DNA of 33,962 nucleotides from Paraglomus brasilianum (Eukaryota): NCBI GenBank assembly GCA_910592345.1, contig CAJVPI010000348.1, positions 1 to 33,962 of the forward strand, read 5' to 3'. Shown piece by piece: positions 1 to 11,352 of this stretch (position 1 is its first letter; each line of letters starts with the position of its first letter). The notes under the pieces were generated by a model. It saw only the letters and a program-made list of their open reading frames with translations, ran no database searches and was not told where the DNA came from. The position numbers and the translations under genes were made by a program.

Positions 1-569
1 TATAAACTTTTATCTAATTCCATCATACTTTTTATATTAGAAAAGAAAAATTCCAAAAACTTTTGTTACACACTGTAGATACTATATCTACTGTATATTG
101 ATTTAAATTCAAGTCCAATGAACGCTGTTTATTATATGATGATAGTGATGCTAAAACTTGGACGTAATAAAATATGCAGACTGTCATTTATAAGTGAGTT
201 TGCCAGAACCCAACAAGGACAATGATGTCGGTAAATTTAGACGATATGCAAAATAAAAATGGCTTGAGAGTCACAACAAACTCACAGGCGTATATCTAAG
301 GCGGGATATGACTAAGTACGTATGTGTTGGATGCATTTAGTCTCGTGACGCAAGAAAATTACACTCTAATGACGTTTGACGCTTTAACCATTGACTCATC
401 TAAACGACGAATTATATCACAAATGTATCTTATATCGTTTTCAGCCCTTTGTTTTAAAATTCTTTAGCTGTCTCAAACGCTTGTCTTCACTTGTGTAGAT
501 TTTGGTAGAATTCACTAGAATTCCCATACTTTTAGCTCTTCTTTGATCTTTTTTGACGTCAGTTAAATA

Positions 570-744
570 CCGTATAGTTTCGAATATAAGCACTCCCCGA
601 AAATAAGCACCTTCCCCAAAATTTTTATTTCCAAAAATAAGCACCTACTCCACAATCCTCCTAAATGTTTCTATAGTATGTGACTGTTTTATGTGATTTG
701 TATTACACGAAGCAAAAATAAGCCCCCCATAGTTCTTATTACGG
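570..744. mobile_element. Short TA-flanked MITE-like DNA transposon remnant
   Basis: Ends read TA|CCGTA...TACGG|TA, with several internal ATAAGC(A/C)C sub-terminal repeats. The inverted paralogous copy at ~2225-2248 lacks this block and joins the two flanks, giving an empty site. Confidence 0.6.
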
Positions 745-961
745 TATATGATAGTTCTGCTTATTATTATGAGTGGGCTAAATACAAGCGTAACGTGATC
801 AGTAGCCAGACTTTATTGGCCGCAAATGGAAAAATTGGATGTATGATCATATGGTTTGGCTCATTACCACCAAAATTATTAGCTTTGTTGAATGTAGCAC
901 AGCCCAACTGATTATAAAATTGATCAATAAATATAGTCCTTATTTCTATCAGTCCATAAAC

Positions 962-1664
962 ATGTCGTCGTTAAACCTGTTCAAGCTCGTTCACGACAAA
1001 GGTAACTATTTTGTTTCCTAAATAAAGTTTTATGACTATACTCACGTCTATTTTACTGTATACAGCGCAAGAAAAAAAGCTTCGCAAACTTGCGAAAATT
1101 TGTGGTACAGGTAGCTATTTTCTTGCACGTTGATGTTACGGTCTATACGATGTTAATTGATATTTTACGTTAGTTCCTGCGAGTCTCCCACCAACTTTGC
1201 AAAATCCTGATATTGTCGCTCCGCTTCTCAAATATCTAAAAGACAAAGACTCTCCCGAAATGCCAGCACTCGTGATTGATTGGAACGACGCGGGCTTCAA
1301 TGATACCCCCACTCAAGATTGTCGGAATGGTACCGCGGGGCAAACCAAAGCGGCTATTATTGCAAGCCTTATAGCGCACGGAGCAGGCGACTATTTGGGT
1401 CTGAACCTAATTTTCGTTTTTCGAAAAGGCATTGAAATTAGTACTTGGCTTAGGTATTTGAGAAGAAACGTTGTGTGGTACGAGATAATGTTATACATAT
1501 GTATTTTAGATACTTTGGGTATCAGCTAATACATTTTTTCTTAAAGGACAAGAACACAAATGGGTGTTCCCGACATCTGTCATGCAATCTTGAGAATAAA
1601 CAAGATTGCAGAACACTCGGTCGTTGCAGAGATTGAGGATTGTACATATCATCTGGACAATTAA
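962..1664 (+). CDS. Uncharacterised 168-aa protein, 4 exons (962-1001, 1066-1110, 1174-1477, 1547-1664)
   Basis: Three GT-AG introns splice to an uninterrupted 507-nt ORF: MSSLNLFKLVHDKAQEKKLRKLAKICGTVPASLPP...PALVIDWNDAGFND...NVVWTRTQMGVPDICHAILRINK...HLDN*. Family not recognised. Confidence 0.8.
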
Positions 1665-1719
1665 ATTAAGCTTTTGAGCGTTTTACCAAATCTATTTGAC
1701 ACAATGTTGACGAAAAGTA

Positions 1720-1857
1720 ATGTCCGGTGACCAGAAACCTGAAATATATCGTTTAAAAGAGCGAGGTGTTAGCCGAGTTACAATAGCAAAGCAATTCGAT
1801 ATTTCCGAGGCAACCGTTTCAAAGTTTGTTTGTTCACAAACATTAAGTATTGCATGA
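1720..1857 (+). pseudogene. Mini-ORF encoding a CENP-B/pogo-type N-terminal HTH (transposase fragment)
   Basis: Translates as MSGDQKPEIYRLKERGVSRVTIAKQFDISEATVSKFV..., matching the psq/CENP-B HTH pattern (IAxxFxISxxTVS). No DDE domain follows. Confidence 0.6.
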
Positions 1858-2000
1858 CGAGAAGACATTCAACAACTTACTGAGCATTGAACCAAATAAT
1901 AAGTGTAGTTGTTTAGTCAGGTTACTACATAATTAAACGGCATGACACTTGCTATGTTAAACAACTTAGTACCAGTACATTTCATATAAATCGTTTAGCA

Positions 2001-2250
2001 GTAAAATATCAATTAACAGTTTATGTAGTATATATAAACATCAATGTGCAAGAAAATAGCAAGTTTGCTAAGCTTTTTTTCTTGCGCTGCATACAGTAAA
2101 ATAGTCATAAAATTTTTTATTGAGGAAACAGGATAGTTACCTTTATCGTGAACGAACTTGAAAAGGTTTAGCGACGGCATGTTTATTGACTAAATTCTCT
2201 GAGTACTAATCAACTGCTTGTAAGCAGAATTATCATATATTTGACGCGAA
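2001..2250 (-). pseudogene. Inverted, internally deleted partial duplicate of the 5' part (upstream region, exon 1, intron 1, exon 2, intron 2) of the 962-1664 gene
   Basis: The reverse complement contains ATAAACATGCCGTCGCTAAACCTTTTCAAGTTCGTTCACGATAAAGGTAACTAT, CAGCGCAAGAAAAAAAGCTT and TGTTAATTGATATTTTAC, collinear with 955-1168. Confidence 0.9.
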
Positions 2251-2258
2251 AAGCATAT

Positions 2259-3046
2259 TGTTACGGCCGGGAATTAATTGGGGAGCGATTTATCTTTCGC
2301 GTAGGTGTATTCGCCGACCGGGGGATGTTACCAGCACTATCGCCCTTACTACGATAGTTGTATGATTAAGACTGAATTAAGCCTACCTACAAGTGACCTT
2401 AATTATTATGCGCGCTTTTTACTCCCTATCCGAGTTTCTGAATACAAATAAGGGTACCTCTAACAGAATAATAACAACAACTATTCTATTAAAGAATCGA
2501 AGGGGAATAATGCTATTTTAGATAAACAGGGCTATCTTCGATTTATGACTAGTCGGTCTCTGTCACTTGTCTTCACTAAACTAATTAAACAATAATCGTC
2601 TCGATAATTAATTATGAACTCTCGTTCCGCTATTCACGTAATTGATCCGCGGACAGCTTACTAGTTTGATCAAATCAATGTTATTCCGTTACAACTTAAG
2701 TGAGCCGTTTATTGGAGTGTCCGGTCTAATAATTAATTATTTCGACAAAGGATTTCTACTAAGATCAGTAGTATTATTTATTTCAACATTTCGAACATCA
2801 TTAAGATTTGACGATGGAAAAAGAGCCACTTATATATCTTTGAGCGTCACTGAAAAATCGAAACGCTCTTATAGAAGAACAATTAATTATGCTAATTATA
2901 GCGTTTGTACTGTCTCTGATTTTTCGAACCGTTTTTGCGCCGCGCTCACTGATTTTTCAAAACGCTATTACAGTATCATATTTGTGAAAACCGAACTATC
3001 ATGTGACTCACTTATCTGATTCATCAGATTTCAGCTCGCCGTAACA
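2259..3046. mobile_element. Solo LTR of an LTR retrotransposon (probably Ty3/gypsy)
   Basis: 788 bp bounded by TG...CA, with 9-bp terminal inverted repeats TGTTACGGC/GCCGTAACA and a 4-bp direct repeat ATAT on both sides (2255-2258, 3047-3050). No gag/pol. Confidence 0.8.
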
Positions 3047-3162
3047 ATATTAATATGGTAATGCAAAGCGATGTTCCCACACCTGTTGCACGACTAGTCA
3101 TGCATGTATATTTTTCACCCTAGCCTACTCGCCAGTGTTTACATACTCACTATTTACAAATA

Positions 3163-4261
3163 ATGACGGGCCAACTCTTATTCTCTACTAGTCTTATCTC
3201 GCCTGAAGTACAAGCAGATCTTCCACCAGGATACAAAATTAGACCTTTGGCAAGCGATGATTATGAACGCGGATTTCTCGATACGTTAACAGTGCTTACT
3301 GAGATTGGAGACATTTCGAAAGCTCAATTTTTAGGTGAGGAAAGGATCGGTAGAAAGATTGTTCAGCAATGAGATGGAAATATTAGACGCGGCCATTACT
3401 GAAATTGCTGTTATCATCGTTGTCTGTTCAATAGAACGGTTTAATTATCTGAAGCAGCATAACCATGAGTATTTCACTATTGTGATATTATCTCCTGATG
3501 ATCGTGTTGTTGGTGCTGGAACCGTCTTTGTTGAGAGGAAGTTTATAAGAAATACAGGACTTGTATGTTGATATATCAACTGTCTCTGTCTAATGCGTGT
3601 TTCAAATTGTAAGTATTTGTAGACTCATCGGAGACTATTTTTTTTTCTATTAGGTTGGGCATATTGAAGATATTGCAGTCAATAAAAATCAACAAGGGAA
3701 GAAGCTTGGACTCCGGTAAGATAATCCTTTGCAGTATTCGATGCGGTTGGAATGCTAGATGATGTTTGCTGAGTCTGTCTATAACAGCGTAATCCAGGCA
3801 TTGAAATACATCGGTGCTAACAGGGGCTGTTATAAAGGTGCGGAAAGTCTATTAATGGATTATTGACGATAGTATTGAGTTCTTATATACAAAGTCCTGG
3901 TGCCGCGGCTAATTTAATACTAATAAACGTATTCATTGTACTTCATCTCACATACTTGGTTCTGACAGTTATCCTCGATTGTTCAGAAAAGGTAAACTCC
4001 CTGTTTTGCAATTTCCCTTTTTCTTTGTTTCCTGGTGACAGATAATTAAGATCTGAATACTATCACTTTTTAGAATGTACCGTTCTACGAAAAGTGCGGG
4101 TAAGTATTCATCCATTATCAACCTTATATCATACCTACTATCCGTTTTATATGATCCTGCTTAACTCAACTGGTGTCTCATCTCTCTTCAACCATAGCTT
4201 CACACGTAAGGAAGTCGAAATGGCATGGTACTGCAATGAGGCCCCAAAAGCTAAGCTGTAA
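3163..4261 (+). CDS. GNA1: Glucosamine-6-phosphate N-acetyltransferase (GNAT family), 174 aa, 7 exons (3163-3334, 3435-3562, 3654-3715, 3788-3837, 3969-3991, 4074-4099, 4198-4261)
   Basis: Motifs IRPLASDDYERGFL, VERKFIR, GHIEDIAVNKNQQGKKLG, GCYKVILDCSEKNVPFYEKCGF. All introns are GT-AG and the frame is intact. Confidence 0.95.
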
Positions 4262-4623
4262 TATCCGGTTTATCCTTCCAGAAAATAAGTACTCCATGTT
4301 TTCGCAATTCTAAATTTGCTGCTTTCACTTAACTATTTATGATTCAACTTGGTGCGAAGGTTGTTACAGTATGTAATTATATTTTATATTAAACGGGAAA
4401 TGCATAAACCATATGGACGTTTATTTAGAGATTTTACAAGACGGTGGCTATTGGTTACAAGTTTACGTGGTGGTTGGGATAATGACTAGACCTCATATCG
4501 AATGAGAAATTTGAGTGGGAGATTCGTGTTGGTAAATACTGTTGACAGTTAGCTGAATGTCAGACCATCGACCTTTGCACATATGTACAATGCCGACGCC
4601 GACTTCGATTTTATTCTTCAATC

Positions 4624-4812
4624 ATGAGCCAACAAAAGCGAAGATCCCATATTGTGCATGCAGAAAATAGCAATAAAATGAAAAGACACAAGAAAAAATT
4701 AAGCACCGCGGAAAAGATTGAACTGTGCAATATCAAGCAAGAAAATAAGAACAAAGCTTTAGCGACTCAATTCGAAATTGATGGATCGACTGTATATGGG
4801 ATTTCAAAGTAA
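4624..4812 (+). pseudogene. CENP-B/pogo-type HTH transposase fragment
   Basis: KKKLSTAEKIELC...KALATQFEIDGSTVYGISK is a typical pogo/Tigger N-terminal DNA-binding segment. It is truncated right after the HTH. Confidence 0.7.
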
Positions 4813-5239
4813 AAGACAGTTCGATATTAACAATTTTTTCGCGCCTGCGGACAGTGTAGTTTTAGTATAACTATTCTACAGTAATAGTGAAAAAAGTACA
4901 CTAGTGTATTGAATAATCCCACGTGTTTTGTCGGGGCGAGAAAAATGTTGATAAACAAGCGATATGAGAATATCTAATCTAAATAAAGATCGTTTTTTAT
5001 ATTAATGCAATAATGCGTGTAGACTGAAGAAGTAGTATAATCTGACAAATAAACTTGGGGGGGTGAAATTTCAGAGAAAAAGGAAACATCTAATATATTA
5101 ATATTGTTATACAGCTCATCGTCATATAATTTGGACGCGATTCTCTGCATCAGAATATTCTAGCCATACAGACTGTTTTCCAGGTAAGCCTCATGCGCTA
5201 CTTTGTTTAATTTTTTTTTCATGCTAATTTTTCCTCAAG

Positions 5240-5400
5240 CCTATTGGAACCGAGACCCGTCAAAATGGGGTGGTGGGACGTGTTATTTTTCAAAGAGATA
5301 CAAGCATGACGCTCACAATTCACTTGTAGCCGAACTTGAAACTCTCGCACGCGAATTACCGATTTCTAATGCTGCTCATCACCAAGCAATTATCATGATA
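5240..5400 (+). pseudogene. Possible degenerate gene fragment (YWNRDPSKWG...HDAHNSLVAELETL)
   Basis: Preceded by an intron-like GTAAGC...AAG (5184-5240) and has a protein-like translation, but no convincing start or continuation. Confidence 0.3.
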
Positions 5401-7050
5401 CATTCATATTTATTAACGTCTTCTTTCCCGTTTATGAGAACTGCAAACAAGATTCAGCAAACATAGAGTTATGGGCTAACTATAACAACTGAATAGTAAT
5501 AGCTATGGCATGTGTGTTTCGTCACAGAACTTTAGAAAATTTTAACCAAAATACTGGAATTACCACTGGATATGGAGTGATGCTTTTTCAGCATAGAATT
5601 GTACCTATCAAAATGTTCAGTGACTGCATACAATGGGTGTAACATGTGACAGACTCCTAGTAACTATGCAAATAATTCCATTTAATGATACTACTCTTAA
5701 AATTTGCTAATACAAAAAACTCGTCGCCCAGTTGCCATTTTGAGCGTCATAAACTCGGAATTTTAAATACACCGTTTTGCAGTTTTAGCTTGCTTATTAT
5801 TATTCAAACGCAAACTTATAATTTCTCCGGGTTTACCTTATCCGAAACGTATCTGAAAGAAGTCGTACCCGAACAACGTAAACAACCTGTGTAATAGTAA
5901 ATTACTATTAATATTTTTCGGTTTCAAAATAAATAGCTGTCGACTACGTTTCACCGAATAGTCACATGGGATATCCCTTTCGACAAGTTGACGTTAAACT
6001 AAGTTACTAAGATATTAATATTTAATTCGTCTTGTGGTAAATGAGTTTAGGTTTCAAGGAAGAAAAGTTCAAAATTTTAATTACAAATCGAGTGTACATG
6101 TTTATATTAAGACATTGTCCCAGGGTTTATGTATTGATCGAATATAACTTATTGTCTAGCTGCACGATTTGTATGCTGTATTTACGGATCACTAATTTTA
6201 GTACCTCTCACCTAAACGGGGATTACAGCAATGATGTTGTCACTAGCCTATCGAATCGTTAAATCTGGCCAATCAAGACTTTCTAAGTGTTGCAAATCTG
6301 GTCTGCAGTACACAAACAGTCCAGTCTGTCTGTGTTCGAGTAGCTTGCAGCACATACCGCTGCAAGTTTTCTGTGTTACGTGGCAAATCAATCAAATCGC
6401 GAAACCTATATGGAAGGACAATGTAATTGAGATGCATATTAATAAATTAGTGCAGGTTGGACAGAGTAACACAAGCGCAAGGAAAAGAAAGTCACATCGA
6501 TAAAAGGAACTAAAATAGCAAGTCACTGTTACAAGGCTGAAGGGAATAACTTCTCACCTCCCCGTCAATGTCGGAAATTTTCCAAACCTTTTGAATGCGT
6601 GCGAAATTTGCGTTCTGGCGGAACGTCTCACAAAACGCATGTACAGCACATAACAAACTTTATTGAGAGAGATTGATGAACGATCCCTCTTATTTTTCTA
6701 TTCATATTCAGTCTATAAATAGATGTTCCGTAAGATCAAAATGCGGAGAACGAGAGAACGTTCCTGCAGGTTAGGGTGGAGAATCAATATTTGAGACCAA
6801 AGAGGGGGCAAAGATCAGCAAACACACGTTTGAAAATAGTTTGTGCATCATTGATGGCTTTTATTACAAAAATGCGAGAAAAAAAATTTTAAACTAGTGC
6901 TGCTTATTAATAGGCTTCGCTATTCAGAACATTGTAAAGTCGTTGCTAACACACATCTTAAGCTTGTTCTGATTATTAAAAAGCTGAACAGCATGAGCAT
7001 GTATGTTACCTTCCTGAAACGCTCTCCAACTACTTATTGGTTAAATTGTG

Positions 7051-7712
7051 TTAAGCAAGTCTTATCGGCTTGAATCCGATCTTAGCCTCGATTTGTCTAT
7101 GTACTTCTTCCTCTTCTGGCTTCTCGTTACTTTCCCAGCCGCATCCACTCTTCTCATGTGACAGACAAATATACACATTTTTGCTAACAGCGTTCGCATC
7201 CTCTTCATGTACAAAGTGGACAGCATTTGTCAAATGGCAATTGGGACAAGTATATGTGTCGTTGTTTAATGGAGTTATTACATCGTGTGTACCGAGAAGA
7301 AGGAAGGATTGTAATGGTTTGAGGAGGAAGGATGGGGAAACAGAATCTGGATTTCGGGTGATGTTTGTAGTTTTGGTGGGAGTTTCTTGGACAAAGATAG
7401 GCTGAAATTTGGTTTCATTTAATATCGAGGCTAGATTGAAAGAGAGGGAATTAGTGAGTAATATTCAAACAGTGTGTTTATGAAGGTATCGTCTTACTTA
7501 CGCGACGCATTCTTCTTAGTACTGGAAACTCGACGCAGGCTTCGATTAGGAAAAACTTTTATCGTGTTGATCTAATAAAATAAATTCCATCAGTTCTTAC
7601 ACTTTAATATAGGAACGCCTTGGATGTACGATTCGCTAATATTACTTCTTCGTCAGCTTACCACAAGTTTTACAGTCTTGTACATTTTTCCCTTCGTAGT
7701 ATCTCCTGTCAT
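7051..7712 (-). CDS. Small zinc-ribbon protein, 166 aa, 3 exons (7712-7662, 7571-7502, 7430-7051)
   Basis: Two introns with GTAAG donors and TAG acceptors give an intact frame. The C-terminal YTCPNCH...YICLSHEKSGCGW supplies four Cys in zinc-ribbon spacing. Confidence 0.75.
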
Positions 7713-8519
7713 ACTTGCAAGTTTTCTTATAATGCTTATTGAGAAAGAGTGATATAATGGAGAGGATGTGGAATATCCCAGTAGATGACAGAAAGGGGAG
7801 AACGGCTTTTTATGTTATGTCAACAAACGTTGTACTAAATAAAGTTACTCCTGACTAATTAATACATTATCGGTGAAGACCCACAGCCGCAAACTAATAA
7901 CTTCCTTCATTGATGCACAAGCCAAATTCATTGGTCATAGTTAATTCGATTGAACACAGATGGTACATTCCATAGGTTAATGCCGAATCGTATGTTTCAC
8001 AGTAAAATGTCAAAGGTAAATTTTGAACCCGGTTTTTTGTAAGGTGATCTCCAAATGGCGTCGAAAACGCCGCAATCTGTTCTTATGACATGATGCAACA
8101 AAGTGTCTGAGCGATTTTTCTAGGACATGCCATGTTCACCTGATGTTTTCTGACCTTTCTCGTCGGGTAAATTTATTTCTGTATGTCGATCTATGATACA
8201 ACAAAGACCAAGACCTCTTAGTTACGTCGTCGTTATAGTATTTTACTATTGTTAAATATTGTGTCACAGTAATCGTACTTATGACATCATACGACAATCT
8301 TGTCAATCACACGATCGATCGTGTGTTATCATCTAACGAAAATAGATATTCGCGTAAGTGTATCAGACATTAACAGAAAGCGGAATGTAGGCTGTAAAGC
8401 CCTTGTAGAAGCATTTCTAAGGCATGAGATTAATAGTGTTACAGTACCAACGACACTATGTGCTGTGCAACTATAAACATATGTGTATGTGTGATCGCGA
8501 GGTGAAAGGGATGTTTATA

Positions 8520-9401
8520 CACAGTGAAAGTCGATACAACGGTTCGTTGATAACGGATTTCGCTTAGAACGGATTTTTTCCCCTTGGAACCAGAGTTTTA
8601 CTAATTAAATATAGCGGATTTTACTATTAAATTGTTGTAGTGCGGTTCCGGATTTTTTCGATGATGAGACATTGTTCAATAAAACGGAATTATAACGGAG
8701 TCCGTTATAGTTAATAGTAGACCGCACTAAAGTGGTCGAATTCGTTATAATTTGTAGTAAATCCGTACTAAAATGGCCGAATCCGTTATAATCCGTTATA
8801 ACAATATTAATAGCACAAATTTAATAAAGATCAAGTTGTCAAATATTTTTGCTTCTTGTTAATATTACTAACATACAATATTATGGGAGAAAAAAGGACA
8901 AGGGTTTCGTTAACGGCTTTAAATTTGCAAACGTGCCTCTAATGCAAACGTTCAACAGAAAGCTCTAGCAAAAGAATATGGTATTTCACCCCAGCAAGTT
9001 TCAGATATTCTTAAGAACAGAGATCAATGGCTATCTATTGAAAGCGAAACAACTTTAAAAGAATACGTAGAGTAACATATGAAAATATAAAAGATACTTG
9101 ATCTCGGCTTGCTTTGATTTTCGCTGAAGAGACGAGAAATTACATAAACTTCTCGAGAAGCTATGAAACGATTATGATATAGACGCTAGTTGCATATACA
9201 ATTTGAACAAATTGAAGAAAGCAATAAATAGTCCTAAAAGCATAATGAAATTGATTATTGGCAAATATACTTTACTTTGTACATTAACAAACTTAATAAA
9301 TATCAAGTAGTAAATATCAAACATTTTCTGAGTCTGCTATATCGGATTGTCACGATATAACGGATTTCGTGCCTGTCCCGAGGAATCCGACTTTCACTGT
9401 G
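8520..9401 (+). mobile_element. Non-autonomous pogo/Tigger-type DNA transposon (internal deletion derivative)
   Basis: Perfect 16-bp inverted ends including the TA (TACACAGTGAAAGTCG 8518-8533 / CGACTTTCACTGTGTA 9388-9403). Many ATAACGGA/TCCGTTAT sub-terminal repeats. Internal frameshifted HTH KALAKEYGISPQQVSDILKNRDQWL at ~8957-9035. Confidence 0.85.
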
Positions 9402-10099
9402 TAGAACAATTTTCTCATGGGGATCTATGTATGACTCATTTCTAATGCGATAAATAATATTGGATGCAGAAACGACTTCACTTGTGAGCAGAATTATATT
9501 ATTATTATCCCAGCAGCATTTTTATAAATATATAAATTCTACTGATCTGGCATTCATGCAACTTGCACTAATACTAATAGTGGGCTGAGTTGCATTGCAA
9601 GCTAGTAAAGGCTTCAATAAAAAACGAGGACTTGGAAGTAAGATTGATATTGCAACAGAGCAAACCAAAGGGAATAGAAAAGTTTATTAATGAATATGTT
9701 AGAATGTATCAGATGGGGCATGCTGCAACAAAACCAGACAAAGTAAAAGTGAACATTCTATTATGTGACATAAAAGAGATAACTAATTTGACTAATAACA
9801 TTTTGACTATCTCAGTTGTAACTCATACAAATTTATATAAGTTACAGTTTTAAGTTATATCATGCCAAGATGCAATTAACCAAGTACAAGTTGATTAAGA
9901 TAAACTTTACTTGAATTACAATATGTTTAATATAGGATTATGTCTATATAAAAATGTAAGATGAAACCAATTCATATTAAATCTACCATGGAACCAAAGA
10001 ATTACAGTACTATTCAAAGTATTCTCAAGGAGAAAAATTGCTCCATTACCATATTTTTTAAAATCAATGATACCAAAATTCTTCTAGATAAAGAAAGAA

Positions 10100-11352
10100 T
10101 TACTTATTATTAGATAACCACCTGAGAAGGTTGATTTCTTGAGCAATGACATCAGACAGGACTGAATATGAAGACTTGAATACTTTGACCACAGAATAAG
10201 AATTCTTCAGTGTCCAGTTCCTTTATAGACATTACTTGTGGCACCATATCCAAGATGCTCCAGGTTATTCTTGACAAATAGTAATAGGGCCAAGAGATAT
10301 CAGTGGTAGTAGGGAAGGATGCAGCCCACAAAAATAGTTGTTGGAGTGCAACAATGGGTGTGGACAGGCTTCTGTGATTCCAATGAGTGGGTATGAGCTC
10401 ATCAAATGTACAAATATGAATTGGTGTGGCTTTTTCTGCTGACATATGCACAAGAATAAGATCCTTGGGTGTGATGAGGGCTCCCACAATGTCTCTGTGT
10501 ATGTGGTATCATTGTGCATCAAGTGTGATGCTAAGGTAGTCCAGAAGTTGCATCATTGAATCAGGAGACTGAGGGTTGTCCATCTTCACTTCCAAGCAAG
10601 AGAGAACAATGTACTTGTGTGGAGCCAAAGATGGAGGGAGGACTGAGATATCAGACTTCAACCCATTCATATGGCCATTCTTTCGATAATATGAGATCTT
10701 TATTGACAACTACAGAAAACTGCTAAAGCTGTTTTTCGACAGCAGTACATAGACAGAACCTATGGAACTAGCTATGACTAACTGAATCAATAAAGAAATG
10801 TGGCACATGGTATGGCCATTCTTTCTAGTTACTTTGACAAGCATCTTATGTGTGGCACAAAGGGATGATTGAAGCCAAGGTCCTAGCCAATCAGTAAAGT
10901 CATCCTCATTTTAAAGACACTATGTCTCAATGCAGAGGCTAATTTTTCAAGAGCATTGATACAAATTACACTGTTAGTCACAGGAGGCAGCCATTTTTGC
11001 TTAAAGAAATCTTCAAGTGTGAGCCCATGATGGATGAGTGGCTTATAATGTTGAAGGAAGCATTGTGAACAAGTCAAGGTGCCCTCCTAGACAACATTGT
11101 TGTCATGACTAGATAATAACAATAGTAATTATGATTAAGTAGCAAAAGTGGATATATTGGTAATAATAAAGTGACTAAAAAGATTTACCTTCTTGAAGAC
11201 CCTCAAGAGTTTCTACAAATGAATAAAGTGCAATAGATTTAATATTCATTCATTGACTATTACTATATTCTAACCCCAGCAGAAGCATACCATTTAACTT
11301 TGTTATATCCTGAGAATGTAGCAAGTGATGTAGTGCAATAAAATGGATACAT
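10100..11352 (-). pseudogene. Degenerate, 3'-truncated gene with a restriction-endonuclease-like (REase) domain followed by a protein kinase N-lobe (Crinkler/CR-effector-like architecture)
   Basis: Minus-strand fragments: KSDISV...CLEVK...QLLDYLSITLDAQ*...DIVGALI (PD-(D/E)xK-like), then LGYGATSNVYKG (Gly-rich loop, ~10221-10256), VVKVFK and QEINLLRWL. Stops and frameshifts throughout; intron-like donors near 11290 and 11188. Confidence 0.65.

Noticed and set aside
441..911. ORFs 441-644(-) and 693-911(+)
   Set aside because: They overlap the MITE and promoter and have no protein-like features; chance ORFs.
2642..3019. 125-aa ORF inside the solo LTR
   Set aside because: Non-ATG start, no gag/pol motifs, and it lies wholly within the LTR.
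7070..7405. 111-aa plus-strand ORF
   Set aside because: Antisense shadow of the spliced zinc-ribbon gene.
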